Positions 1 through 12,837 of a DNA stretch of 64,000 nt are shown here, in pieces. A program made the position numbers and the translations under genes. Origin of the DNA: Lytechinus pictus (Eukaryota); NCBI RefSeq assembly GCF_037042905.1, contig NC_087252.1, forward strand, positions 27,592,001 through 27,656,000, in the 5' to 3' direction. Every line of letters begins with the position of its first letter. Positions within the stretch are counted from its first letter, which is position 1. The notes beneath the pieces were generated by a model. That model ran no database searches, was not told where the DNA came from, and was given only the letters and a program-made list of their open reading frames with translations.

Positions 1-288
1 AATTCTGATTGGTTACTCTTCAGTGTACTGAGCAAAATGCACATGCAACGATGATCGTGATAGGCCATTTCATAAAGTGATTAATCGCTCATCTTTGTGT
101 GACGGGCCCCTGATTTCGTTATTACCAATGATATTATCGGTCGTTTCGGAGTCTGTTTTGTTGATGTGACAGTATCATGATCATCGTCACGTTTGCTCTC
201 CTGCAATATATTTGTATGAATGTTGATGACGTCACGTTATCAAGGAAAGAAAACGAGCATAATTCAAATTATTTATACATGTTATACA

Positions 289-447
289 CAGGGGCCGCGG
301 AACGGTTTTCAAAGTGGGGGGGGGGGCGGGGGCTGACCATGCAAAAAATCACAATCATATGGTCATTTTTTCGTTTTTGTACACGGTTTTGGAAAAAAGT
401 GGGGGGAGCTGAAGCCCCCCCCCCAGCCCCCCGCTTCCGCGGCACCT
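289..447. mobile_element. Short MITE with G- and C-tracts
   Basis: AGGGGCCGCGGAA/TTCCGCGGCACCT ends; similar to 23076-23393. Confidence 0.6.
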
Positions 448-3400
448 TACATGGGAAGCCAGCAAAGTGTAAAATGATGATTATATTAAATTCTTTCTCA
501 AAGAAGGTACTACGGAAATTTGACCAAATTAAACGAAGATTTTAGCAAATTTTTAATGACGCTCAATATCACTGACCAATTTATTTCCTTTTCTCTTCCG
601 CACGTAACAATCCGTATTCTTTTTATCTTCAAAATATGTTCCCCGTCCATAAAACTTAGCAGAATGTATAACTGGTAGAATTTTGAATTTTGAATTTTTT
701 ATTATCTTGTTCAATCTTGCAATGAAGAAGCATTACAGACAGCGTTATATCAAAGGTTCCTGTTTCTAAAGTGGCGGGAAAGGATTGTCAATATTGGACA
801 ATAAATCAAAATCATCTAAATGATAGAGTCTACCTTTTTTTCATACATTTATCTGCTATTTATTTTTAGTCATATTAATATCATAGCATCATCATGATAA
901 ATAGCATCATAATGTTCTTCACTTTGTCATTTAAAATGATTCAAATTGCATTTCGTAATGGCGGAAATTCACCGTCTCATGCTATCAGATATAGCATGTA
1001 TAGTGAACAGTAATTGCGTGGCTCCGATTCCCGTGCACTACTGCCTTTAAATCTTTCGAAATGATTGAAAAATATCCTCAAAAAAGGATGTTTTGATTAT
1101 TCCCACTCGATGGGGATTTGTAAATGGTTATAAGTACCGCGAACGCTAATTCAATGGGTCTACTCTCTGTATTAGTCCAATATAGATACAGAGACCTTTT
1201 TTCGGATTTATCCCTCATCTTTATTCATTGATATACAATTATAACTTTCGTCTTCCCTTCCTTACCATGCGAGGCGCTAAAATTAGACCAACTACGTACG
1301 TACATCGCTGCCTCGCGACCGTTCGTTCGGGGTATTTTCTCATGTATGCAAATAAGACGCACGTCACACGCGCGATCACACTAGTCTCCGTGAACAGGCT
1401 GCTGAGATGCATTGATCCTTAAACTCGCTCTGACGACTGTGTAATGAGGCGTTGTTCTTGAGATGTATGCGGCGTTACGCCTGTCTTGAGCGACTAAGAC
1501 GGAAGGGGAGCCCCTTTTATCGTTGTGAATAAACAAGGTTCAGAAATAGAAAGAGCCAAAAGCATATCCGAACCACGAATAACATCACTCAGGTTATTCA
1601 GCGCTCCTCTTTTCACTCTCTCCCTCTCTCTCTCATCTTCTTTCCATTTCTATATTTAGGATTCATGCGTTGCCATGGTATCCCCCGCTTCACTCTAATC
1701 CAAGAAACAGGAACCGTTGGATTTTTTTTGTAAGTCCTCCGGATTTCGTCCAAAATAGCTCTCCTCAAAATACGTGGGATAAAGAAATGTGTGGCAATAA
1801 ATGTCGTAGATATATTTACTTCCTCTCTGATTCCAAAGGCAGAACCAGACAATCAAATACTGTACAAATTAGATAAGTTGTTGAAGAAAGCGGAAGGGAG
1901 GGAATGAAAGGAAAGAAAATGGGAATGAAATCTCAAGACATTAATAACTGATGACATTAAGTTTGTATCTGTTTCATTTGCATTGCTACTGGAATTAGTC
2001 TATATCTTTTATCATCGTTGATATTAGAGTATATTTTTAAAACGGCTTTTATCGAAAGCAACCTGATGAAGGCCATGTGCTTGAAGGCATAAGTAGGCAT
2101 ATGATTTCTACCGTCCTTATTTCCGATTGATGTTGTATTTTTACCCCCTGATTATTTTACCAAATTGATGATAATGCTCTGACGTTTGTGATGACGAGAT
2201 CACGTCCACTCTCTTTCTTCCTTCTCATCTTTTCACTCCCGTCATCTGTCTATTCTCTCTTCCTTTCCAACCACCTCCCCCCATCCTCCTCTCTCCCATT
2301 CCACTCCTCCTCTCTTTGTGTCTGTCTCTTTTCTCTTCATTTCTGTTTGTGTCTTTCTCCCCCCTCTCTCTCTCACTCTTAAGATTCCTGTTTGCCTTAC
2401 AACTATCTGTCTTCTCTATCAATCTATGAACAATTTAGTTGAAATTACAATAGATATCACGTCAGGTGGATATGACTATATACTGGCTCGTCACTCATTT
2501 TCTATGGTTTTTTTATATTTAAAAGGAGAAAATAGATGATAGTTTTACTCTGTCAACTTCACATCATTTTGTAACCTCTTTCAACGATGCCTTCCTTGTT
2601 TAGTCGTGTTCTAATTCTACACCTTTACCTCTCTTCTTTTTTTTTTTACTTCCCTCTTTTTTATTTCTTTTTATCTCTCATTTCCCCTCATCTCTCCATC
2701 TCTCTCTTGAATCTTCCCGTCCCCTCTTCATTTTTTTTCTCAGTTTTTTTGCCCATTTTCTTCTCGGCCATGGTCAATTTTCACCTTCTCTTCCTTTCTA
2801 ATTTCATTCGTTTTGTGTACCGAGTTCATGTGGAAATGAAACGGATACAATTTTTATACAATTAATGGTGAACACTCGTATCATATCGGATATGAAAAGG
2901 ATATCAAAATGGATTCTACAGTAATTCATGGCCAATGACAATAATAATAGTATACTTGCTACTGAACAGGAAGTAATATGCAAGGCATAATGTCGATCAG
3001 TCTTTCTCTTTCATGAAACTCTTCCGTTCTCTCTTGTCTCATGTTCTCTTTATTATTTTCCTCATATTTCAAATAAAACACTATTCACACCAGTCAACTG
3101 TATTTTATTGAGCTTGTTTGAAATATCTCTTTACTTTGATTGGTTCATTTCATAATTCTGAAATTAACTGCCAATATATTGAAATCTTTGTCGTAAATTT
3201 AACCTGCATGTTTGTGGCAACTGTATGTAGACAATTTTAATTACATATGTATTTCTGTCTTTGTCACATTTTTACTCTCTTCACTTCATTGCCTTGTTCT
3301 TAAATATGGTCACCGACCTCCTTATTCTATTCTTGCTTCTTTTCTCCCCCCCCCCTCCTTTCTGTTTTTTTTTTCTCCTTCCTCAGGGCCATGAACTATT

Positions 3401-4058
3401 TTATGATATGAACTTCACAATTTTATAAACATTGTTATATGTCAATTATGATTCATTGTATGTTACTTTCAACTTACTATAACTTTTATTATCATAACCA
3501 CTATGATAATAATTCTTAATTTGACTGATTGTTATTTATTCTTTATTTATTCATTTTTGCTGGGGGCTACATGTATCATTGTTTTCATTGCACTGTCTTT
3601 TGGTGATATGAAATGGTGCATTTTAATTGCCTTTCATTAGTCGATTTTTTTTAATTCTCTACCTTGATTATCATCATCACAAGGAGAAGAAGAAGAAGAA
3701 TAGGACAAGTTCAAAAGGAAACGGAAAGAGGAGGCGCTGTTTTTTTTTTTTTTTTTTTTTTTTTGGGGGGGGGGGGTCTAAATCGCCTCCCATTGTTTCC
3801 TTTTATTTTACACATCAATAATTTATCACTTGCATGAAGATTATCGAATAAATTTAAATTATGTTTGACCTATTTAAATCTGTTTCTTATCGGTTATGGG
3901 GAAGGAGCTATCTCTCACCCTCTTGCACCTGTTACAGACACCTTCCATTTAAGTTAACTGTGATCAAGGTTTTATAATTGCCCTTTTGTTTTTCTCGTTC
4001 ATTCTCTCCTCATTAGATCCGTATATTTTTCTACGCTACTGAAACGCACCCGTGATTG

Positions 4059-4338
4059 ATGCCTTGCCCGCCACCCGCCACCACCACTCTAAGCAGCGCC
4101 CCCAACGTCGGGGTCTCACCGGCCTGCACCGCTGCCGTCACCAGCATAGTTCCCGGGCTGCCGTTGTCTCTGCAGCCTCCGCTTCCCTCTGCGGAACTTC
4201 TGATGCAGTACCGTAGGATGGAACAGCCCATGGGCCCGCCAACTCAAGTGCCGCCTTCACCATCTCAGCACTCCACCGCTCCGGTCCCTCAAGGCTCGGG
4301 CCCAATGGCAAGCCCGACCGTCCCACTATGGAACTCAA
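4059..4338 (+). CDS. erf: ERF/ETV3-like ETS factor, probable first coding exon (Pro/Ser-rich N-terminus MPCPPPATT...PLWNS)
   Basis: Polypyrimidine tract plus TAG acceptor ending at 4016, ATG at 4059, GTAAAC donor at 4339. Phase 1 matches the next exon. No homology support for this exon itself. Confidence 0.65.
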
Positions 4339-4813
4339 GTAAACATCATTTCTTTTCAATTCTTTCTAACCATTGGTATGAATGATATGCAGCTAGGTTT
4401 AAACCTGCAGGAAGGGCCTTACAGATCAAGGGGGGGGGGGTGGTTGTTTCACAAAGAAATGGGTATTTAACAGTCATATTTTAATTCCCAGTTGCGCATG
4501 GTACACATAACCGCATTGGTCAGATCATGGCATGGGACGGGCTCAACCGTGTATTATTTGATAGATCACACGTCGGTTCAATATCATGTGCGCATTTGCA
4601 CTTAGGCATGACTTTTAGGCGTTCTTAACTCTTTATGAAAAACCCTAAGGCTTGGTGCAAACTTCTGAGCTCTTATGCTACAGTCACACCTGGGAAACGA
4701 AATCCAGACCGGCAGAAGATATTACACTAATCCCAGTGACAAATCATTGGTCGGTTCGGATCGGTTATGTTATGTTATGTTATCGGTTATGGGGCATTAC
4801 CAAGGGCCTTGTA

Positions 4814-5267
4814 CATATGTGACCTGCCACCCCAAAACCAACAATAAGTCGACCAAAATGAATATTGAGATTTTTATTGAGCTTGATAATCCACTTTCTT
4901 AGCTTTAAAATTAAATATAATATATTAAAACTGACCAACAACCGTCATTAAAAGTGCTTGGTTGAATGCGGAGGAAATTCAGCAAGAGCTTAAAAAAAAT
5001 GAGAAAACAAGGTTTGAAGTTCAAGGTTCACTCAAGCATGAGATGTGCATACTGTGTAATCTCAGGGAAATTCCCAAGCAGTCCGAAAAGGTAGTGTCCA
5101 AGAAACTCTTGTATCTTTTCTTTTATTCAACTTCACGACTTCAAATTTTCACAGTATGAAGTAGAAGAATTGCTCTTCCAGATGAGCTATTTTAATTTTT
5201 GGTTTTTGGAGACTACATTACTTACCTGGCAACTTATTGGCGGTTTTGGGGTGGTAGGTCACATATG
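4814..5267. mobile_element. MITE in an erf intron
   Basis: TIR CATATGTGACCTGCCACCCCAAAACC/GGTTTTGGGGTGGTAGGTCACATATG. Confidence 0.8.
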
Positions 5268-6075
5268 CTAGTGCCTCATTCAACTCATTGGTTTATGTTC
5301 GGAAGCCTCCTGCTCTCCATTTAGAATGGCTGATCTGACGTACAGGGGTTACCTTGTTGCATTACATCTAAAGTAGCCAATTAAATGCCATTTACTATAC
5401 ATGAAAGTAAACTTGTAGATAAGTGATTGTTACTTCAAACGGATAGGTCGAGATAAAGGACACAGGTATCTGGGTTTTTCTTTTCTCTGAATCCTTTCTT
5501 GCTCCCAAAAGTGCCATAATAATCGACTTATTGATTGTGGGTGTCCTCACCAAGACATGACAGGATTGCGGTTCATCAAATGCCATGGTAATAGCTCCTT
5601 CTCATGCATGTTGGTGAACAGTAATTACTGAGCGTAGAAATCAAAAGCAGCAGATCTTATGACATATGACCTAGGCATGACCTATGAAGCCTGAAGAATG
5701 ACAAGTTTCTGATTTAGTATACTTTGTTGAATAATTCGGGAGGCATAACATTTGTGTCTCTAAAGGATTGTTCATCCAGACGTAGATTTTATTACCTTTT
5801 CCACTTCATGATGTTAAGGAATTGATTCTTTCCATAGTGACAAACCCAGTACTAACCCTTATCGTACTGACATTGTGAATCAAAGTCACAAACCTTGCTA
5901 GTTCTTATATTAGAAGAAGCTAAGACCAAAGTAGCTCTTGCAGCAGGAAATTTTATGCCTCAGGCAGTATCAGTTGTCAGTCGGGTAACTGAGTACCTTA
6001 TGTGACCAAGTTTATGAGAGGTGCTTACGTGGTTTTTTCCTTTGCTAACTCTTGCTATCCCTCGCCTCACTCGAG

Positions 6076-6313
6076 GTGGTGTTGCTTATCCAGACTGGGC
6101 CTACAAACCGGAGTCAAGTCCCGGCAGCCGGCAGATCCAGTTGTGGCACTTCATCCTGGAGCTGCTGCAGAAGGAAGAGTTCCGTGACGTGATTGCCTGG
6201 CAAGGTGACTATGGGGAGTTCCTCATCAAGGATCCTGATGAGCTAGCCAGACTATGGGGAATGCGGAAGTGCAAGCCGCACATGAACTATGATAAACTTA
6301 GTCGAGCACTTAG
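6076..6313 (+). CDS. erf: ERF/ETV3-like ETS factor, exon encoding the N-terminal part of the ETS domain
   Basis: [30 protein letters not shown]...[11 protein letters not shown] is nearly identical to vertebrate ERF/ETV3. GTGAGT donor at 6314 (phase 2). The acceptor is either GAG (exon start 6076) or CAG (6094); both are in frame. Confidence 0.95.
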
Positions 6314-6701
6314 GTGAGTACCATGGAGGACTTACACCCAGATTGTTGTAAGGAAAAATACAATTTCAAGTTCTTGAAAAAAACATTCTTAGAAAAAAAA
6401 ACAGACCACTCATTAGGTGTCATGTTGGCCTTTCTGGGAATCAAATGTCCAAGTTCTGGGGTTCTTTTTTAATTTCTTTTTCTTTCCAAGCTGAATAATT
6501 GTTGAATTGTGCAATTTAGCACGTGGACACTCAAGGACCTTTTGTATGTGTACTGAATGTTCAACATTGGGATTGACCTCATCAGATAGCAAATGAGTCT
6601 TCTTTTTGTGTTTGCCTCTTTTGCTTATTATTTCTATTTGGTTTGTGTAATTTGTAACAATTCATTTTTATTTTTCGTTGAATCAACCTATCCTGTTTCA
6701 G

Positions 6702-7146
6702 ATATTACTACAACAAGCGGATCTTGAACAAAACCAAAGGCAAGCGCTTCACCTACAAATTTAACTTCAGCAAGTTGATATTGGTGAACTACCCAGGAAC
6801 TGACCTCAAATATGTGCCTCCATTCATTCCTGCCTCTCGGGGTGGAATTGGTTCCTCAACGGAAGATCCGAGCATGGATGATGAACCAAGCACACCGTCC
6901 CACCTGACGAAAGAAGGCGGATCATGCAGCGACTCCGGGGAGTCCTTGGATGGCGACGAGAAACCTGGCAGCCGCCGCCACCGTTCTCATAGTCTGGGAG
7001 ACACCGAGCCACCATCAACCATGTCTGTTCATCCTCCCACGCCTACCCATCATGCCTTGCCACCTGGTTTCAGTGAACATGATCATAGATTAGCCGGTTT
7101 GATGAGCCCTAATCTACGTCACAATTACAGTGGACCTGCCTTTCAA
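6702..7146 (+). CDS. erf: ERF/ETV3-like ETS factor, exon encoding the end of the ETS domain and a Ser/Pro-rich linker
   Basis: tttcAG acceptor at 6700-6701 gives [38 protein letters not shown] donor at 7147 (phase 0). Confidence 0.95.
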
Positions 7147-7949
7147 GTAAGTACCTTCTTTATTTCTGCAATCGTAAAGGCATTAAAAAATTCACAAATC
7201 ATGTGAGCTCTTTAGACTAACGTGATAAAATATCCAAAATCTACTGTCACTTCTTCCAGGCTGTCCCTGACATAGCAGCACAGATTACTTAACACCCCTT
7301 TAGGATTCATGTTATGATTGCTTTTCAAATCATCCGCTACTTGGTCGTTTTCACCCTGCACAGAAATTGAAAATTAGGGCAATAAATCATGGAACTTAGC
7401 ATAGTCTATAATTCTTGCAACCAACCTAAAGTGAGCAATAGTTCTTCACCCATGACCTCTTGTGACACTTGAAAAGGTAGCTTTAATTTTCCTGTAGATG
7501 GTCATAGTGGCTTCGCAGTATGTAAGATTTCACATGGAGTGTCCCAATCCACCATTGTTTTTATGTACAAATGCCAGTGGGTGGAATAGAAAAAAAAAGT
7601 GTGATTCATCTAGAACGACACAGCAATGTTAATTTAGAAGGGGATGTCCTTATGTATTTTAAAGAAGTCTTCTCAGTCAAACCTTTCAACCTATATAAAT
7701 GAGTATTCATTTGAAAACTTCCTTCCGTACACAAGTCTTATCAAAAAATTGTTTGTTTGCTCTCTTAGAATTAAGTATTCATATGTATATAGGTTGTTGC
7801 CGGTACATACTTCCATTTGAGGTCTACTTTGTAAAGTCAGTTTGTTTTTTTCTGAACTATTTCATGACGTTCTTTCTCTTTTCAGAATATTTACTTGATG
7901 GCCCTTGTTACATTACATAAAACATTGTTTTCCCCTTTTACTCTTTCAG

Positions 7950-9443
7950 ATGATGCGGCCAGCATCTATCTTCTCCCACTCTCTGCCGGCCAGTCCTTGT
8001 TATCTATCACCGCTAGCCAGTCCATCTTCAACAATGAGTCCGCTCTTATCAGCACCCGGTCACCCGCATGGCCCAGCAAGGTTCACCTACACGCCAGCAG
8101 AGATCCAAAGGGCTCATCAAGAGGCTCAAGCGCAGGCAGCAATCGCGAGGTTAGAGCACGAGCGTGTCGCTCAACTCCGTGTGGCTGATGCGCATGCCAG
8201 GGCCTTCCCTCTGTCTGTGCCGGCGTCTCCTGGCACATTGTGGCGCACGCACACAGAGAACGAAATGCGCATCAGAAATCTGGAGCTGACTGCGGCCGAG
8301 AAGTTACAGCGGCAGGAAGAGCAAAAGCGACAAGAGGAACAAAAGCGTCAGGAGGAGCAGAAGCGACAGGAACAGAATCGCCAAGAACTCAAACGACAAG
8401 AACAACTTCGACAAGAGCAACAAAACCTAGAGACGCAAAGATTACAAAAGTCTCCTGAAAAGGAAATACGCATCCCAGAAAGGCCAGTGCAGTCAGAACT
8501 ATACTTGCGTAGAATGGCTGAGAAACAGGCCAGACAGGCTAGCGAGCGTCGTGTCCCGCCCGCTATCACCATAGATGACAGAACTATCACAAACTCTGCA
8601 AGTGTTAGAAAAACGCCTGAACCTGTGCCGTGTACAATTACCAGCCCTCCAGAAGAGCAGCAAGAACATGTCAAGCCATGTCGGAAGACGCCTCCACCAC
8701 CACTCAAAGTCGACTCAAAGCTTTTTGATATCAAGCCGCCAAGCAGTGCTCCCCCAATCAACGACAGGCTAGATGCTCGACGATTTGGACCAGGATTTAG
8801 AGGAAGTCCTGGGCCACCACGCAGGGTCATTGTCCACACTAGTAATGAGAGTCGATCTGAGGAAGACCTTCTGGATGCGGACGATAGCTCTAACAGCAAT
8901 CAAGAATCAGTCCCTATCAAGCTGCGATTCAAACGCAAATGGAACCGCGACATCTCGCGCCCACCTTCATTCGCAGAGAACAACGACACAAAGTCTCCCA
9001 AGATTTTCTTTGACTCCAGTCCCTCGTCACGCTCCTTGCCTTGCACTCCAACTCAACGATCGCAGATGGGCACGTTTTTCCAGTTTCCAAGTCCGATGGA
9101 AACACAGACCGAACACGAGCCTTCTGCGTCCTCGATTCAACCTCCTAAGGAAAAGGAAAAAGAATCCTTACGTCGTTTCAGAGACTACTACTTTGAAACC
9201 AATCACGGTACCAAGGACAGTCGAAGATTATTACAGGAGCCAGAAAAGCGTCCAAAGGAACGCGTATTGAGTATAGAATCCATCATAGCAAAAACAGAAC
9301 CACTGCGCCCAGTACCCAACATGCGTAGCTCCAGTAGTGCACCTAGTATTGCCACCACTTCTAGCAGTAGCACCAGCACTGGTAGCACTGAACTTGATAA
9401 AAATGAGATGGACAGTGAGAAACCTGTCACATCTTCCCAATGA
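7950..9443 (+). CDS. erf: ERF/ETV3-like ETS factor, last coding exon
   Basis: ctttcAG acceptor at 7948-7949, long open frame, ERF/ETV3 repression-domain motif PIKLRFKRKW (8913-8942), many S/T-P sites, TGA ending at 9443. The spliced CDS is 2457 nt, divisible by 3. Confidence 0.9.
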   Translation: MMRPASIFSHSLPASPCYLSPLASPSSTMSPLLSAPGHPHGPARFTYTPAEIQRAHQEAQAQAAIARLEHERVAQLRVADAHARAFPLSVPASPGTLWRTHTENEMRIRNLELTAAEKLQRQEEQKRQEEQKRQEEQKRQEQNRQELKRQEQLRQEQQNLETQRLQKSPEKEIRIPERPVQSELYLRRMAEKQARQASERRVPPAITIDDRTITNSASVRKTPEPVPCTITSPPEEQQEHVKPCRKTPPPPLKVDSKLFDIKPPSSAPPINDRLDARRFGPGFRGSPGPPRRVIVHTSNESRSEEDLLDADDSSNSNQESVPIKLRFKRKWNRDISRPPSFAENNDTKSPKIFFDSSPSSRSLPCTPTQRSQMGTFFQFPSPMETQTEHEPSASSIQPPKEKEKESLRRFRDYYFETNHGTKDSRRLLQEPEKRPKERVLSIESIIAKTEPLRPVPNMRSSSSAPSIATTSSSSTSTGSTELDKNEMDSEKPVTSSQ

Positions 9444-9910
9444 TACCTAGATTACAGTGTACATACCCAGGCGTTAGGTATTTGTAGGAAGGCACTTATG
9501 CTTATTCAACTTTTGGTAGAGCAGAAAGCAGTTATACAAAGTAGCTTCCCAGTCAGCAGCATGTTTTGATATCGCAGTATTTATGCCAATAATCATGTTT
9601 CTATATCGTCCTCTTGAGGAGGTTACCAAGTGACGTACAGTATATGGGCCAACTTCCTTTGTCGTCCATCTGAGGATGCATTCAATCAAGTTTTCATAAG
9701 ACTATTAGCACAAACAAGAATCATGAACAAAATGCAAAGATCAATTGTTTTGGGGAGATCATTCAACTGCACTTCCCCCTATTTTTGTATCTCACCCACC
9801 ATGTATCACAAATCGGTGAATTTGACAGAGGAAATAAAGGTCAACATTTGAGTGTATCAAATACTTGTCTGATTTTGGAAGAAGCCCCGTAGTAGCATCA
9901 TGATTGAGAT

Positions 9911-10187
9911 CAGGGGCCCGTCTTGCAAAGAGTTGCGATTGATCCAATCAATCGCAACTATGGAAAGCCAGCAAAGTCAACATATAAAATGCACGTTTAG
10001 TCAAAAAAAATTCTAGATATGAATTCATATCCATAAATTCATTGATTTCTTTACAATTTGGTGTGTTCTCCTTTGTTTACAAAGGACATTGTGCGAATTT
10101 CCTTAAGAAAAATTTATGAGATTGATGGATGTCCATATATTTGAGATTAATCGGATCAATCGTAACTCTTTGTAAGATGGGACCCTG
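9911..10187. mobile_element. MITE with TIR CAGGGGCCCG, in the probable erf 3' UTR
   Basis: Imperfect TIR of about 35 bp. Relatives at 62728-62897 and ending at about 112. Confidence 0.8.
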
Positions 10188-10521
10188 CATTGTGTCCAAG
10201 AACAATCATGTCATTTATTTCAAAATCTCATTAAAAGACGTACAACATACAATTCAAATTGGAAGAAGAATTTACTGTGGAAATATATAAGAGAAAATGA
10301 GAAGGGGGGGAGGTAGCTATGCATAGGCCAATGGCCTTTCAAAGGCTTGGCTCTAAAACAAAAACATAACCTAATAATAATTATTGAAGAATAATTATAA
10401 GGGAGAAGGTACTGTAGACATCTGGGTGGGTGTGTGATGAGGCATTTTTTGCTGAATCACCTTTCTAAAAGCACCTGTTCAGCCTTTGATGTGCTCTTAG
10501 CCCTTCATATCTGCCATATTG

Positions 10522-10663
10522 AGTAGCTTATAACAGCTTGTCTCCCAATTTTAGTAGCTTATAACAGCTTGTTTCCCAATTTTAGGAGCTTATAACAGCT
10601 TGTCTCCCAAATTTAGTAGCTTATAACAGCCCGTCTCCTAATTTTAGTAGCTTATAACAGCTT
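10522..10663. repeat. 31-bp minisatellite, about 4.6 copies
   Basis: Unit AGTAGCTTATAACAGCTTGTCTCCCAATTTT at 10522, 10553, 10584, 10615 and 10646. Confidence 0.95.
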
Positions 10664-11134
10664 ATTATTTACAACTAGTCTCGTCAGACGGTCCAGGTGT
10701 AACCACAGTCTTGTTTTTGTGACAATGTAATATGAGCGAGCTGAAAGCATCCAATCCCAAGAACAAACGTTGACAAATTAAATGTGTGTCCTTGCCTTGT
10801 TTTTATCCCCCCCACCCCTGATTTTATTATTTTTATCCTTTTTTTGAATTCACATCCATTGACTTTTTATATGTGTGACTTTTTACAAATTATGTTCTAT
10901 GGTATTGCACTGTATGAGATAATTATTTTTTGACTTGAAGTTGATTCAAGAATTACATATATGCTTCCGCCTTTAATGGTAACTATTCATGTAACATTTA
11001 TTGATACTTGTGTTTTATTATTATTAAGAAATAGAGAATAGTGTACTGTATCGTTATTTTATTCTGTCCGTATACATACAATAGGGTTTGTATATTGTGC
11101 ATGTGTGTGGGATGCAGATGTCTTGAAGTTTTAA

Positions 11135-12106
11135 CCCTTGTATACGAGACGTCCTTTCATTCACGGCAGAAACTCATCATTTCTTGTAGCCATACCTTCA
11201 AACATGAATTTGAATGAAAAATCTTTTAGTAAATGATATAAAATAATTGTTTCATTGTGGGTGGCGTAACTGGCAGAGTAACTACTCAAGAAGTTGAAGT
11301 ATTCAAGGGTTGTTGTATTAAGCATTTGCTGTCTTTCGTCATCACGGTGAAGATCCAAATTAATAGCTGCACTTGCATAAAGATTGGAGGGGTTTTGGGG
11401 GGCACTTACCCGCATCCTCCCCAAGACAGAAAAAAAGTATCCCACAACCAAGAAAGAAATAAATAGGTGGAGGAAGGAAAACGTTGAAATATACTATTTT
11501 CTTAATATATGACGTCTAAATCTATAATGAAACTAGGTTTTCATCAAAAAATATATCAAAATGTTCACCTAAGAGCGATTTTTAAGGATGTTTTCCTCTT
11601 TATCTTGTTCCCCGTCAATATTTGTTGCTTATGAAGCCACTAGTGCTGATCCAAATGCCGATTCAAGTATACTTAATAACGGTATGAAGAAAAAAATGTT
11701 ATTGTCCATATCGTCTTGGCCTTTTTAAATAGGGGTTCGCATTGTTTGTTTGGCTTTTTATAAAAGCGATGGCGAGGGTAATATTAGCTTTTAGCCTTTA
11801 AATCTAGATACTGAAAATATGGTAATGCGCAGTGTATCTTTCGGAATTCGCTCTGTTTTCGGTCAGCCAAAAGTGCAAATCATGTCATTTTCGCCTGTTT
11901 AGAGTAAGAGTGATAATCACAAAAATGAACGGCATTTGATCGTTATAAGTTTGAAGTATTCCAAATAGTTTCAGAATTCACTGTAGCATGTGCGGTTTTT
12001 ATTCTGTAATCAGTCTGCGTCGTTATCCATAACTAAATTAGTTAATAAAATGACCAATATCTGGTTTGATCTTCTTTAATAGAGAAAGACGTCTCGTATC
12101 CAAGGG
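11135..12106. mobile_element. piggyBac-like non-autonomous element
   Basis: TTAA-CCCTTGTATACGAGACGTC ... GACGTCTCGTATCCAAGGG; the right-hand TTAA is degenerate. Confidence 0.7.
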
Positions 12107-12784
12107 ATATAAGTAGTTGTAATTCATGTATTGTCGTTTTCATCAACGCCATTATATTCCTTTATTTATTTCTCTTGAAGAAAAAAAAGTGTTTCATGGA
12201 GAACTTGATTGTTCTGTTTAATGTATTTGTCATATGGCGCTGGCGTCCTCATGAAACTAGATTGAAACCCGATGCGGAAAGCGGCAAAGGGTGTGTCGCG
12301 TTTGTGCATGTATTTTCACCGTTGTTTCTAAAACGCAAATTATGCCAACTGCTGCTGATCGTTTATATTTATGTGATGATAAAATCTTTGTTTATAGATG
12401 CCATGTAAACGCTTCTTCACGCTATACTTTTGATCACATGAAGCGTTCATTATTTGAATATACTTATCAACCAATTATGTCTTCATGTTTACAAAGTTGT
12501 GTGAGTAGTATCCTATAATATTGTAAAATCAAATCATCGTGCACTGTAATTAGTGTGTGGGTGGTACTTATCTATTTGTGTATATGTAACTAGGTTAAGT
12601 ATAAAGTCTGCTCTTTGATTGAAAAAAATGGATATCGTCCGACTTTTCTGCACTCTCTCTTCTTTTCACTATTTTCAATCGATTTTGATAATTTCTAGTT
12701 CGAAATAACCCTATTCATCACGTCTCATATGCTGCTTTCGTTTGTTTGAATGTTGTTTTCAGCATTCCAAAATGTGGTTGTATA

Positions 12785-12837
12785 GTAACCATTAGCAACG
12801 CCTCCACTTGATAACAGTTGCCTGTTTCCATGGTAAC
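12785..12837. promoter_or_regulatory. Pair of RFX X-box-like sites
   Basis: GTTTCCATGGTAAC (12824-12837) fits the X-box consensus; GTAACCATTAGCAAC (12785-12799) is a looser match. Confidence 0.5.

Noticed and set aside
8348..8899. 183-aa antisense ORF and other ORFs overlapping the erf and zinc-finger exons
   Set aside because: Shadow frames of real coding sequence with no recognisable motifs.
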